DNA from: an uncultured Methanoregulaceae archaeon | Lineage (GTDB): Archaea; Halobacteriota; Methanomicrobia; Methanomicrobiales; Methanospirillaceae | Length of the DNA stretch: 64,000 nucleotides | Direction of reading: 5' to 3' | Assembly: GCA_963699515.1 (NCBI GenBank) | Contig: CAVOUD010000002.1 | Span: 98,549-162,548, forward strand | Shown here: in pieces, positions 51,153 to 62,719 of the stretch | Position numbering within the stretch: position 1 is the first letter of the stretch | How the letters are laid out: each line of letters starts with the position of its first letter | The notes under the pieces: generated by a model | Seen by the model: the letters and a program-made list of their open reading frames with translations, nothing else | Database searches by the model: none | Told to the model about the DNA's origin: nothing | Position numbers and translations under genes: made by a program

Positions 51153-52960
51153 ATGAGCACACTTACCGACATCGCCACCATCGCACGATGGGAAGTGAAG
51201 AAATCCTTCTCCATGATGAGCCGGGATGTCCTGCCGCTTTCAATCATCCTTTTTGTCCTGCTCATTCTGGTGACAGGTTTTTCCGCCCAGACCGGATTGC
51301 ACCTGCAGGACGGAATGTACGAGGTAGGCGTGGATGACCCCCAGGTTGCCCAGCTCCTTGCCAGCGATGCAAGGTTCTCTGTTTACCTCCTTGATGCACC
51401 CCTCCTGAATGCAAACAGGAACTCATTTGATCTCATCATTGTCCAGGGGATCAGTATACAGCAGCGCAACCGACAAGGCCAATGCCGCACAAAAAACCCT
51501 CGAACGCGATTATTCGAAATATGTCAACAGCATCTACAACACCGAGAATGATCTCTTTGCTGCATACCCGCTCTGGATCGATACCCAGAGTGTAAAAAGC
51601 GAACTCACCTTTCTTGCAACCCAGAGCGGCCAGTATGTCAGTGCTGCCCCGCGTCGGATCGCTCCTGTCCCGGAAGGTGAAGTAAAAAATGTTCCTACTC
51701 CTTCACCAACACTCGCTATCTCACAGGAGGAACTCCGCCAGAAACTGGTCCAGTCAAATGCAAAGAACACCCAGATCTCACGGTACACTGAAGTGCTCTC
51801 CTCCAGCAACTCGATGGGCAACTTCAAGACACCGTCCCAGCTCTCTCCCCCGCTGCCATTTGATTCCATCATCCTTGTCTTTATCTTCATCTTCCCGCTC
51901 TACTTCACCTCCCAGTTCTTTATGATGAGCATCATGAACGAGCGCATTGAGCGCAAGGGCGAGATCCTCCTCTCCACACCGGTCAGGACATCGTCAATTA
52001 TCATCGGTAAGGCACTCCCGTATTTTATCGGCATGGTCGCCATCTGCGCCGGACTTACTCTTTACATCAGGGCATCGCCGCTCATCATTCTCCCGCTCAT
52101 CCCGGTCATCTTCTTCTTCCTCGCCAACGCGCTGCTCATCGGGATGCTCTCGCGCAGTTTCAAGGAACTCTCGTTTATCTCGATCTTCTTCTCGACCGTT
52201 GCGACTTCGTACCTCTTCTTCCCGAGTATCTTTGCCAATGTCCACGTTATCAGCCTCATCTCCCCCCTCACTCTTATCGTTCTCACCATCCAGGGCTCTG
52301 CCTGGACGATCACCGATTATCTCTACTCAACATCACTTTTCTGGCTGACGGGTGCTGTACTCTTCTATATCGCTGCCAGAAATTTCAAGGATGAACGGCT
52401 CTTTTCCGAGAAGAGACTCGTATCCCGTGTAAGGGAGTTCCTCTCAGAGATCCTGTCGCAGAAATATCCTTTCATTTCGCTCTTTTTGTTAAGCGGATTC
52501 TCTATTCCGTTTGTCTTCATGGTGCAGATGATGTGCCTCGTGCTCTTTTTTAACCTCCCCATGCCCTACTCGCTGGTATTCCTGCTTCTGTTCGCGGCAC
52601 TGATCGAGGAGATCGCAAAGAGTGTCGGGGATTTACACGATCTATTCCCGTGATCCTCAATTCCTCACGTGGAAAAATCTCGTCCTTGCCTGCGCAGCAA
52701 CCGCAATCGGATTTCTGGTCGGGGAAAAACTGCTCCTCTTTGTTACCCTCGCACAGATTTCAGACTCGGTCTTTGGCAGCATCCTCTTTTTATCGCTAGG
52801 ATCTCTCTGGCTGCCGTTGCTCCTTCACTTCGTCTGTGTGCTTATTGTTGCCTCCTGCCTGAAATTCTGGGGGAGAAAAGGATTTATTCCCGGGCTTGCC
52901 ATTGCCATGGTTGTGCACTGCCTGTATAATCTCTATTTCATTCTGGGGTGGATCGGATGA
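51153..52960 (+). CDS. ABC-2 type permease fused to a C-terminal PrsW-like intramembrane protease (apparent frameshifts near 51448 and 52628)
   Basis: IARWEVKK; SIMNERIERKGEILLSTPV..II.GK; then EEIAK, GFLVGEK, LLH and VHCLYN. Confidence 0.8.
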
Positions 52961-54039
52961 AAGCAAAACATCTGTCTATCATTGCAAAAAAGGAGTTCCA
53001 AGGACTTTTTAACGAGAAGACGATCCTCCTTGCAGTCCTGCTCCAGCTCTTCATCGCCATGTTCTCATCGTTCCTGATGGTCGGGCTTACCTCGATGTAT
53101 GATCCGTCCTCACTCTCGAAATATTCCAGTTCCCGGTACAGCATTGCCTATGCAGGAAATGAATCGCAGTTACTCACCAATCTCCAGACAAGCCCGGATT
53201 TCCGCGTCTACCAGATGGATCTTTCCACGGCGGTAGCTGCTCTTAAGGAGCGCAAACTGGCCGCTGTTATCTATGTGCCCGATACGCTACCGGATGCACC
53301 AGGATCCCGTCAAGATAACGCTCTATACGCTGCAAAATGATCTCCAGACTGCGATCGTCGATGTAAAGCTCAAGGATATTTTCCTGAAATATGAAGAGGA
53401 CCTGCGGGAGATCCGTGAAGACCGTCTGAAAGCAGGAATTCGTCCAGGCATTCAGATCCCAAAAACGGGCGGGGCGGGGACTTCTACGAATTTGTGTACG
53501 GTCTGCTGATCCCGCTCCTTGTCTTCATGCCGGCGATCATCGCATCAGCACTTGTCATCGACCTGATCACCGAAGAGTACCAGCACGAGACGCTGGAAAC
53601 CCTCATCTCGACACCGGTTACCTTTGCGGAGATGGTCTGGGGGAAAGTGCTTGCCTGCGAGGTGCTTGTACCCATCCAGGCAGGTGCATGGCTGGTTCTC
53701 CTGATGATCAACGGTATCGCGATCCAGAATTCAGGACTGATCCTGCTCCAGGTTACCGTCACATCACTTATCCTGATCCTGCTTGGAACCCTCACCGCCC
53801 TGCATTACCGTGAACGGACTGCTGCACAGTTCATCTTTTCCACAGCGCTTGTAGTTGTGATCCTGTTTGCCCTTGCTGTGCCATCAAATCCCCTTAACCT
53901 GCTGACACGGCTCGCTGTAGGAACTGCTGGCGGGGAGCAATGGCTTGTGCTCGGTATCACACTGGCCATTGTCATTGTTCTCAGTTATATAACGCAATGG
54001 TATGCAGAAAAGATCGGAAAAACTCACCAAACAGGCTGA
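52957..54039 (+). CDS. ABC-2 type permease (apparent frameshifts near 53298 and 53475)
   Basis: IAKKEF and ITEEYQHETLETLISTPV...GK motifs; ATGA overlap with the upstream gene. Confidence 0.82.
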
Positions 54040-54065
54040 ATTTTAAAAAAAAAGGAATTGATCTT

Positions 54066-54550
54066 TTAGTAGTAGGGCAATTCAAGCGGTTTATCAAAGA
54101 TCTTGTAGGTTTTTCCTGCGCTGGTGAGGAAAACCGCAACCTGGTCACTTCCCCTGGTACCGGCCATAACCAGCTCATCTCCACGGCGTGGTTTTCTCGT
54201 TCCGTCGTTTAAGTACTGTTCTTCAACCTGTCCGTCAGAACGGGTAACCCGCATCATGACATTCTGGACAAACATCTCTCCTTCACCGCCATTGTAGAGC
54301 AGGTGGATAGTGGCGTCAGGACGCTGTTTTTCGACCTGGATATCAACAGTATTGTTCGGCGGGAAGGGTTTCCACCGCAAGCGGTGTTGATACGACCGTA
54401 GCTGTAGAAGTGGATGGGAGTTGTCGGGGGAGGTGTGGGAACGGTTGTTTCAAGGGGTTTTATCTCTGCCTGCGTCGGGCTGGTACAACCAGCAGAGAGC
54501 GCACAGAGCACAAGGCCGAGCGCTGCTACCAGAATTATGGTGCATTTCAT
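54066..54550 (-). CDS. Putative lipoprotein (apparent frameshift near 54400)
   Basis: LSAGC lipobox and Pro/Thr linker, then the globular domain in ORF 54066-54380. Confidence 0.65.
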
Positions 54551-54743
54551 GAAGAATGCTTTATTTTTTTTTATATTTCTGATTTGCGCTCTGCAATCGT
54601 GCGGACTAGTATTTGCCCAAATGTACAGGATTTTTCCGGCAGTACGCGGTTCCGGGCAGTATAAAATGCATGAAATGGCAGAAAAGAACAGTTAAATTAA
54701 AAAGGACACCCGGATTAACTTTACATATCAGGAGTAAAAGGGA

Positions 54744-55360
54744 ATGTTCTGTCCAAAATGTGGAAAAGAGACTGATGCTTTAGGAAAATTCTGTCAATGG
54801 TGCGGGGCGGATATTGTAGCGAACCCGGTAACACCCATCGCCACTCCTGAAGAGGAGGAGGGAGCCTGATGTCGGGGTATATGCCGGCCTTGGCAGGCAG
54901 ATTTATTGCTTTGATTGTTGATACAATCCTTATTCTGCTTATCGGGATAATCGTAGTTGCATTTTTTTCCCTGACAAGGGGGTTACAGAATGCTCTATTT
55001 CTCTGCGTCCAGCAGGCACCGATCGATTCTCTTACACGGAAGCGGGAACGTCGATGCAGCATTGTTTGGATCGATTATTGCCGCATATGGGATATGCTCA
55101 TCATTGTCATTCCGTGGCTCTACTATGCCGGGTTTGAGTCTTCACGCAGCCAGGCAACACCCGGTAAATTGCTGATGCGCATCGTGGTGACTGACCTTGA
55201 AGGAAACAAACCCACGTTTGCACGCGTTACGCTTCGTCACTTTGCAAAAATCATCTCCGCACTGATTATCTTTATCGGATTCCTCATGATCGGGCTTACC
55301 AAGAAACGCCAGGGGCTCCACGACAAGATTGCCGGGTGCCTTGTGCTCCTTCAGGAATAA
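54744..55360 (+). CDS. Zinc-ribbon plus RDD-family membrane protein (frameshifted)
   Basis: MFCPKCG...FCQWCG; RFIALIVD; ESSRSQATPGK; RQGLHDKIAG. Confidence 0.8.
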
Positions 55361-55426
55361 AATCTCTTTTTTTACGAATTTTTCTGATGCACCAGATTAC
55401 AACAGCAGTGCACGGAAAAAAGTATA

Positions 55427-55681
55427 TTACCGGTATTTGATCTTCATCCAGAGTAAGAACAGGACGAGACCAAAGGTAATGATATTTGCAGCGATGATAG
55501 GAAACGAGTTGATCCAGATCCCATAGGCTGTCCACAGGAGCATCCCTGCTGCAAAGAGCAGGAGCATCGCAAGCGAGAAATCCTTGGTTTCTTTGAGCTT
55601 CCAGGTACGGATTACCTGCGGGACAAATGAAATGGTGGTGAGGGTTCCGGCAAGATAGCCGACAAGAACAACGATATCCAT
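55427..55681 (-). CDS. SemiSWEET (PQ-loop) transporter
   Basis: AGTLTTISFVPQV, W..YG and PIIAAN motifs. Confidence 0.92.
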   Translation of the reverse strand: MDIVVLVGYLAGTLTTISFVPQVIRTWKLKETKDFSLAMLLLFAAGMLLWTAYGIWINSFPIIAANIITFGLVLFLLWMKIKYR

Positions 55682-55896
55682 AGACTTTCTCCAGTATTAT
55701 TATTCCTGCATTAGTTTAAAACGGCAGGGGCACATTTCGGACCGGAAACAGTTCATGTTCTGGATATTCTTTTTCAGTTCGTGACTGCGTGTAGTATTTT
55801 CCACAGTAGTTCTCCATCTCAAAAGGGGTGATATAAAGGGAAAAGCAGAGCGGGTGAGCAGAGTGAAAGTGATGAAAAAACACAGAGAAAAGGAAA

Positions 55897-55969
55897 GGCC
55901 AGGGCCGAGATTCGAACCCGGGTCGGAGGATCCACAGTCCTCTAGGATAACCAACTACCCCACCCTGGC
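55897..55969 (-). tRNA. tRNA-His(GTG)
   Basis: Acceptor GCCAGGG/CCCTGGC, anticodon loop CTGTGGA, T arm CCGGG-TTCGAAT-CTCGG, discriminator C. Confidence 0.95.
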
Positions 55970-56235
55970 AAATGTCCTTTTTACATTTGCACCGGACTCT
56001 GATTAATGTATCCTTGCAGATCCATCGCCTGATCGGGAATACCAGTGTTCTTTTATGCAGGAACATTCACCGGGGACTCATAAGGTGATTATTAATAGGG
56101 TCAGGTGTCCATTACATATCAGGTGGCTCTGAACACAATTCCTTAAAATTGAGGCATGGCACATCACTTGATTGTGCACCGGGAATTGGGTATTTTTTCT
56201 TCCGACATCAGAGCGGGAACGAGGGGGATAGGGAT

Positions 56236-58011
56236 ATGGCGGAGAACCCGAAGATCAGGACGCCGATTGTCTGCGTCATGGGGCATGTTGATCACGGGAA
56301 GACCTCTCTTCTGGATCGTATCCGCGGGTCATCAGTTGTCAGTTCCGAAGTAGGAGCGATTACCCAGCATATCGGAGCAACAATCGTCCCCATAGATGCG
56401 ATCCGATCCATGAGCGGGACAATGGGGAAATCCATCAACATCCCCGGGCTGTTATTCATCGACACTCCGGGACATCACGCATTCACCACCCTGCGGGCAC
56501 GCGGCGGGGCATTGGCCGACATGGCAATTCTTGTGGTCGATATCAACCAGGGATTCCAGCCCCAGACCATTGAAGCACTTCAGATCCTGCGGAACTGCCG
56601 GACACCCTTTGTCGTTGCCGCGACCAAGATTGACCGGATCCATGGCTGGCGGGTGTTCGAGAACGAATCGTTCCTCACATCGTTTGCCAAACAAAACGAC
56701 CGGGTGAAAGGGGATGTGGAGAACAAGACCTACGAGATCGTTGGTAAGCTTGCCGAACTTGATTTCTCTGCTGACCGGTTTGATCGGGTATCTGATTTCA
56801 AGCGCAACCTGGCAATTGTGCCGGTCAGTGCTCATACCGGTGAAGGCATTTCAGATCTCCTGCTCGTAATGATCGGGCTTGCCCAGCGGTATATGGGTGA
56901 GGAACTTGCACTTCTGGTCGAAGGTCCGGGTGCCGGTACCGTTCTTGAAGTGAAGGAAGAACGGGGACTCGGAACAACTCTTGACGTGATCCTCTATGAC
57001 GGGACGCTGGCGATTGGTGATGAAATTGCAGTTGCCACGCAGGATAATGTGGTGGTGACAAAAGTGCGGTCGCTGTTAAAACCCCGCCCCATGAAAGAGA
57101 TCCTCATTGAGGACCGGTTCGAGCGGGTGAAGTCAGTGGCTGCAGCGGCGGGGATCAAGGTCACTGCTCCGAACCTCGAGAGCGTGATTGCAGGGTCGCC
57201 ATTTTTTGTAATCCGTGGCAACCGGGAAGAAGTCGAAGCAAAGATAAAAAAAGAGATGACGGAGATCCACGTCAAACTTGCTGATGAAGGCATCGTGATT
57301 AAGGCAGATACTATCGGGGCTCTGGAGGCACTCTGCAAGGAACTTGAAGGAAAGGGTATTGGCGTGATGCGGGCAGAGGTCGGGCCGGTGAGCCGGCACG
57401 ACCTGATTGACACTGAAACTATCAAAAACCCGGTATTTCGTGTGCTTCTCTCTTTTAATACCCAGATCCTTCCTGACGCTGCTGATATGATCAAAAACCC
57501 CCTTTACACGCAGGTTAAGGTGTTTGAGGGGAGGGTAATCTACCAGCTGATCGACCAGTATCTCGCGTGGCGGGACGAGCAGAAACGGCTCCTGGAAAAG
57601 CAGCGTTTTGAGCATATCGTGATGCCGGCAAAGATCCGTCTCCTTCCCGATTGTGTATTCCGGCAGAGCAACCCGGCGGTTGTCGGAGTGCGGGTGCTTG
57701 GCGGGAAACTGCGCAGCGATGTGAACCTGGTAAAAACTGACGGAAAGAAAGTGGGGCATCTCAAATCCATGCAGCTCCGCCAGGAATCTATTCGCGAAGC
57801 GGATGCCGGACTCGAAGTCGCGATCTCGATTGAGGGTGTAACCGTAGGGCGGCAGCTGAATGTGGGGGATGATCTGTTCGTTGACATTCCGGAGCGGCAC
57901 GTGAAGGTCCTCGAACGTGAGATGCTCAAAACGCTGAACGTGAGCACGCAGGAAATTCTCGATGAGTTCACGACGATGAGACGGAAAGAGGATCCATTCT
58001 GGGGAAAATAA
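56236..58011 (+). CDS. infB: Translation initiation factor aIF5B (IF-2)
   Basis: GHVDHGKT, GAITQHIGA, DTPGH and TKID motifs. Confidence 0.97.
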   Translation: MAENPKIRTPIVCVMGHVDHGKTSLLDRIRGSSVVSSEVGAITQHIGATIVPIDAIRSMSGTMGKSINIPGLLFIDTPGHHAFTTLRARGGALADMAILVVDINQGFQPQTIEALQILRNCRTPFVVAATKIDRIHGWRVFENESFLTSFAKQNDRVKGDVENKTYEIVGKLAELDFSADRFDRVSDFKRNLAIVPVSAHTGEGISDLLLVMIGLAQRYMGEELALLVEGPGAGTVLEVKEERGLGTTLDVILYDGTLAIGDEIAVATQDNVVVTKVRSLLKPRPMKEILIEDRFERVKSVAAAAGIKVTAPNLESVIAGSPFFVIRGNREEVEAKIKKEMTEIHVKLADEGIVIKADTIGALEALCKELEGKGIGVMRAEVGPVSRHDLIDTETIKNPVFRVLLSFNTQILPDAADMIKNPLYTQVKVFEGRVIYQLIDQYLAWRDEQKRLLEKQRFEHIVMPAKIRLLPDCVFRQSNPAVVGVRVLGGKLRSDVNLVKTDGKKVGHLKSMQLRQESIREADAGLEVAISIEGVTVGRQLNVGDDLFVDIPERHVKVLEREMLKTLNVSTQEILDEFTTMRRKEDPFWGK

Positions 58012-58168
58012 CGGCAGACGGTACTTTCCGATAGACGCGAGGATTTAATAGCGTACCAGTATAATAAAATGGGTACTTCTCATGTGTAGGCATAATTGCC
58101 GGCAGCCAGAGACGTGAAAAAATCCAATACCTGGGTTTTTTAATGAAAATCAATACGGAGCATAAAAA

Positions 58169-58594
58169 ATGGTGGAGTTAAAAATCGTCGTATCAGACCC
58201 AAAGACCGGTCGCGCTTATAATGTGGACGCAAGTGGCGGCGCAGCAGGCGCAATCGTGGGCAAACGTATCGGAGAGGAAATCGACGCGGGTGCAATGGGA
58301 CTTGCAGGTTACAAAATCCTGATCACCGGTGCATCCGACCGGACAGGAATTCCCGCAAAAAAAAGCCTGCCGGGCGCAGGGCGCAAAAAACTGCTTATGA
58401 CAGAAGGTGTCGGGTTCCATCCGACGATGGAAGGAGAACGAAGGAGAAAGACGATCCGGTCAAACGAGATCACCGCTGACTTCGTGCAGATAAATGCCCG
58501 CGTAACCACCTACGGAGACAAAACCCTGGAAGAACTCTTCCCCAAGGTTGAGGGAGAGAAAGCAGAGAAAAAGGTAAAAGCCGGCAGAAGATAA
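58169..58594 (+). CDS. rps6e: 30S ribosomal protein S6e
   Basis: VSDPKTG, ITGASD.TG and GERRRKTIR motifs. Confidence 0.96.
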   Translation: MVELKIVVSDPKTGRAYNVDASGGAAGAIVGKRIGEEIDAGAMGLAGYKILITGASDRTGIPAKKSLPGAGRKKLLMTEGVGFHPTMEGERRRKTIRSNEITADFVQINARVTTYGDKTLEELFPKVEGEKAEKKVKAGRR

Positions 58595-58675
58595 TATATC
58601 AATTTTTTTTTCGGTTTTATTTTTTTGGTTTTCTCTCACCATTTTAAGCAAAATAAAAAAGAGAGAAGAAAATCA

Positions 58676-59125
58676 CTAGAGCTTGTAGTTGATACTGGCT
58701 GTGCCAAACGGCGTTGAGTTTCTCGCAGACGTTAACAGATTTCCCGTTTTTCCAGAGTTCAACAGTAATATCATATTTCGTTGACCCGTCTTCCTTGATG
58801 AAGGTTGCGGTGACATTTCCTGTCTCATTGGTGATTTCATATAATCTAGTCACCGGAATTTCTTACTTTTTGCATTACACCATTCGATGCCATACGTTCC
58901 GTTAAACCCACCGATATAACTGACTTTGACAAATACACCAGTCACCGGGATAGTAACCTGTGTTGTTGGTTTAACTGTCAGATTGGTAGAGAGCGTCTGT
59001 TGGGTACTGGATCCTGTCGGTTTGGTAGTCGTCTGTGGTGTAGATGGCTGACTTGTACATCCACTTATTACTACAATTCCTACAAGGGTTAAAACTACAA
59101 AGATCACTACCCATTTTCTGGTCAT
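58676..59125 (-). CDS. Putative lipoprotein (two apparent frameshifts)
   Basis: VISGC lipobox, Thr-rich linker, GVFVKVSYIGGFNGTYG / KEDGS..ITVELWKNG. Confidence 0.6.
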
Positions 59126-59326
59126 AAAGATCCCTCCCCTGAAAATAAGTGCAGCGATACCCAATGGGTGTCCCGCAGATTCTGTCTGTTGCTCGTCATG
59201 AATATACCTCATCACACTTGTTTGGAAATATATAAGCGATAAATCAGCGAAATACTTTGTTGTTACAGATCGGGTTTTTCGCATCCGGGCAAAGCGGTTA
59301 AAAAAATCAAACCCTCGTAACAGGAA

Positions 59327-59788
59327 TTACCCTTTTTTCACGCTCGCTATGAGCGCTTCTCTCAGATCTTTGAAAGGGACATTGTATTTTTTTGCAAGCA
59401 GGACCAGTGCTGCCGCCGGGAGAAGATTGCCATCAAACCGCTCTTTGATGATCCGGTTCATTTCAGAAACGACTTCGGTTTCCTGCATTCCCTGCGCTTG
59501 TGCAATCCTGCCAATCAGTTCCTGCGATGGATCATTGCGCTCAAAGATTGAAGAAGTTGGTTTGAATCCGACAGGAATAATAATCTCATTGATATCAAAG
59601 CGGGGAGAGAAAACGCCATTCGCCTGACCGAGAAGCCCGTCTTCTTCAGCCCGCTGGAGAAGCAGATTCGCCTGTTCGGTACTCATCCACTTCCGGTCAA
59701 GCGCGTAATAATAGACCAGCTCGTTCTTTCGCATCCCCGTTTTCCGGGTATGTTTGAAGGGTGCTGCGATCGTGATTTTAATCGTCAC
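59327..59788 (-). CDS. DUF2240-family protein
   Basis: IAAPF, LDRKWMS and IPVGFKP motifs. Confidence 0.8.
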   Translation of the reverse strand: MTIKITIAAPFKHTRKTGMRKNELVYYYALDRKWMSTEQANLLLQRAEEDGLLGQANGVFSPRFDINEIIIPVGFKPTSSIFERNDPSQELIGRIAQAQGMQETEVVSEMNRIIKERFDGNLLPAAALVLLAKKYNVPFKDLREALIASVKKG

Positions 59789-60207
59789 TTTGAGGCACCC
59801 AGAAGGATATTTTTCAGGTCCAGCGCATCCAGACCCTCGCCCCGCCCTTCTTTTGCAATATCAATGTCGGTTCTTGATACCTGGTCGGTCAGTCTGAGAT
59901 AGAAGACGTCATTTGCAATCGGAACCTTTCCTCCTCCGCGAAGTGCAAGCGCGAGTATGGATACCTGCATATCAACCGCTTCCGTGATCACACCCGGACG
60001 CAGTACATCCGGCGTAATGTCCCCAAATGTCGCCCGGTCGACCGCAATCTTCACCTTTGTCTTTACCTTGACCAGTTCTTTTCCGGTCGTCTTGGTTGAC
60101 TCCGCATTATCAAGACCTGCAATATATTTCAGTGTTTCGTTAAACGGCATTCCCATGGCAAATGACAGATCCACCCGCTGAGGGAAACGATAATAGATCC
60201 TTCGCAT
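59785..60207 (-). CDS. Conserved hypothetical protein
   Basis: 140-aa ORF overlapping the downstream gene start (GTGA). Confidence 0.7.
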   Translation of the reverse strand: MRRIYYRFPQRVDLSFAMGMPFNETLKYIAGLDNAESTKTTGKELVKVKTKVKIAVDRATFGDITPDVLRPGVITEAVDMQVSILALALRGGGKVPIANDVFYLRLTDQVSRTDIDIAKEGRGEGLDALDLKNILLGASK

Positions 60208-60389
60208 AGCTAGACTATGTGCAGGTCTTAAAGAAAAAAGATTGCTGAATACTGGTTTTAACCATGTCTTCAGGAGTGACCGGGAGATATTTTTAAAACT
60301 CTGCCGCATCCTTGAACGGAGAAAATACAGGTAAATCTCAAAAAATTGATCTTAAAAATAAATCTGGTCTTGGATGATATTTCAGGAGT

Positions 60390-60767
60390 TTATTCGAGTA
60401 ACACCGCGTTGATGACGCCGTCCTGACCCGGGCGGCTCATGATACGGGCATTTCCAATCTCGGTCTTGATGATCGCGCCTTTGGTCAGAAGATTTCGCCG
60501 CACGTAGTTCGGGTTTGCCCCATTTTCAACAACACTCGCAATTTTGACCTTTTTACACTCGCCGTTTGTGAGGTTGGTCACATTTGCAAAACTTGCACGG
60601 AGTGCACGGACTTTCTGGTTTGCACCGGTCGTCCGGATATTCTTTCTCCGGTCTTCACCGATATGGGTGTCTGCGGGTGCAAGCCCGATCTCCGTTCTCC
60701 GCTTCATCTGTGCCGGGCGGCGCCTGCCACCGGTCACCTTTCGTACTGATTCTCCCTGCCACTGCAT
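60390..60767 (-). CDS. rps8e: 30S ribosomal protein S8e
   Basis: [21 protein letters not shown] and [13 protein letters not shown] motifs. Confidence 0.97.
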   Translation of the reverse strand: MQWQGESVRKVTGGRRRPAQMKRRTEIGLAPADTHIGEDRRKNIRTTGANQKVRALRASFANVTNLTNGECKKVKIASVVENGANPNYVRRNLLTKGAIIKTEIGNARIMSRPGQDGVINAVLLE

Positions 60768-60989
60768 GGTGTCACTCTCAATAATATTTCTGCGGAAACC
60801 TGTCCCGAAGATGGTGCTCTATATATTCCCTTCAGAATTATTTATAGTATTTCCCGATTGTTTGCAGTTTCCCATGCCCGACCCCAAGGAGCTAGCGAGG
60901 AGTATTATCTTGATAAATACCCGGGAACTGCCTGACAAAAAAATCAGGAGATCTTTTCTTGAGCAGAAGTATTCGATTTTTCAAATTTT

Positions 60990-61637
60990 TTACGCAAGAA
61001 TTGTATCAAGGAGTGCCGCAATACCATCACCGGTCTTCAGATTGGTTCTGAACACGGGCATTTCGGGATTATACCGGTGGATGTCTGATTCCATCCGGTC
61101 GAGGTTTGCTCCAACAAGCGGGGCGAGATCAACCTTGTTGATCACCCCGATCGTGCAGTCACGGAACATCATCGGATGCTTGTTTACCACATCATCGCCT
61201 TCCGTTGAACTCACAATAACAATTCTCTTTTCTGCCCCAAGACGGAAATCGGTCGGACAGACCATATTGCCCACGTTCTCAATAAAGAGGATATCGATAT
61301 CATCGAGCGGCAGGTGTTCGATCGCATGTTCTACAAGGTGGGCATCAAGATGGCATTCCTTACCGGTATTTGCATTGAATGCCGGGATACCCAGCGCTAC
61401 AATCCGCTTGAAATCATCGTCACCATACACATCTCCGGCAATAGCACCTGCACGCAACCCCCTTTTTTTAAGCAGGGGGACAAGACGCTCAATGAGTGCA
61501 GTTTTTCCTGAACCGATGGCTCCAAGCAGGTCAAATGCCCGGACGCCATGGTCTTTTAAGAGTTTTGCATTATTGTCTGCAAGGGTGTTGTTGACGTCGT
61601 AAATATCCTTCTCAATCCTGACGTCGATATGATGCAT
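60990..61637 (-). CDS. hypB: Hydrogenase nickel-insertion GTPase HypB
   Basis: GAIGSGKT, ECHLDA, ENVGN.VCP, EGDD and NKVD motifs. Confidence 0.96.
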   Translation of the reverse strand: MHHIDVRIEKDIYDVNNTLADNNAKLLKDHGVRAFDLLGAIGSGKTALIERLVPLLKKRGLRAGAIAGDVYGDDDFKRIVALGIPAFNANTGKECHLDAHLVEHAIEHLPLDDIDILFIENVGNMVCPTDFRLGAEKRIVIVSSTEGDDVVNKHPMMFRDCTIGVINKVDLAPLVGANLDRMESDIHRYNPEMPVFRTNLKTGDGIAALLDTILA

Positions 61638-61691
61638 ACTACAAGGTACGAGCGTACACTGTTTATACCTTGACCCACAAATTCTCCTGTA

Positions 61692-61967
61692 ATGGTACAA
61701 GGCGAGTGCATATTGTATCCCTGCTACTTCAATGCGGCTTATTCACGTCGTCAGGGGCGAAGGGTGGCACGGAGTCGCGGGGCGAAGGCACCGGTGATCA
61801 GCGATCTCGAACGCGCATTAAAACGCGCCAATGTGACGTTCAGGATTGAGGAACACCACCACCCTGCACACTGGATGCGGCGTGAGGGGCGTATTGTTGC
61901 AGAATGGCAGGAAGGCAAAGAGGCACTTATCAAAAAAGTTGCACAGAGACTTGAGGTGAAACGGTGA
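61692..61967 (+). CDS. srp19: Signal recognition particle protein SRP19
   Basis: LYPCYFN...SRRQGRRV and HP..W...GRI motifs. Confidence 0.9.
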   Translation: MVQGECILYPCYFNAAYSRRQGRRVARSRGAKAPVISDLERALKRANVTFRIEEHHHPAHWMRREGRIVAEWQEGKEALIKKVAQRLEVKR

Positions 61968-62618
61968 GCGGTTTGTATGACCTGCATACCCATTCCATGC
62001 TTTCCGATGGTGAGATGCTTCCCATCGAATTGATCCGCAGGATGGCAGTGCTCGGGTACACAACGGTTGCTATTACTGATCATGTTGATCCATCCAATAT
62101 CACCTCTGTTATTGAATCTCTTGTTCAGGTACGGGAATCTGCAAAGACTTTATGGGGTCAGATTGCTCTGCGGTGTTGAGATTACTCATGTTCCCCCATC
62201 GCAGATAGCAGATCTGGCAAAAACAGCAAAAACTGCCGGGGCAGACATCGTTGTCGTCCATGGAGAAACACCGGTTGAGCCGGTGGCAGCCGGGACAAAT
62301 CATGCAGCGTGCGGATGCAAATACGTGAATGTGCTTGCGCACCCGGGACTCATCACTCTTGAAGATGCACTTCTCGCCGCAAAGAACGGTATTGCCCTTG
62401 AGATCACTTCGCGGGGCGGGCATAACCGGACAAATGGTCATGTGGCTCAGGTCGCCCGCGAAGCAGCATGCCAGCTCGTGGTGGACTCAGATGCGCATGC
62501 CCCTCATGACCTGCTGGATGAGCGCGCGAAATTTGTGGTTGCAAAAGGAGCCGGACTGACTGATGCTGAGTGCAAACAGGTTATATCTTTAAATATCGAC
62601 CAGTTTCTTGGTTCCTGA
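61964..62618 (+). CDS. PHP-domain (histidinol-phosphatase-like) protein (apparent frameshift near 62148)
   Basis: DLHTHS..SDG, ITDH / GVEITH, VHGET, LAHPG and DSDAH motifs. Confidence 0.88.
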
Positions 62619-62719
62619 AATTTCTATTTATACTTTCACGCAATATTTAAATACTAGTGCGTCTTTCATATATAGATTACTAAATTATTTCAGTACCATC
62701 GTATCCTTGAGGTTGTTGT

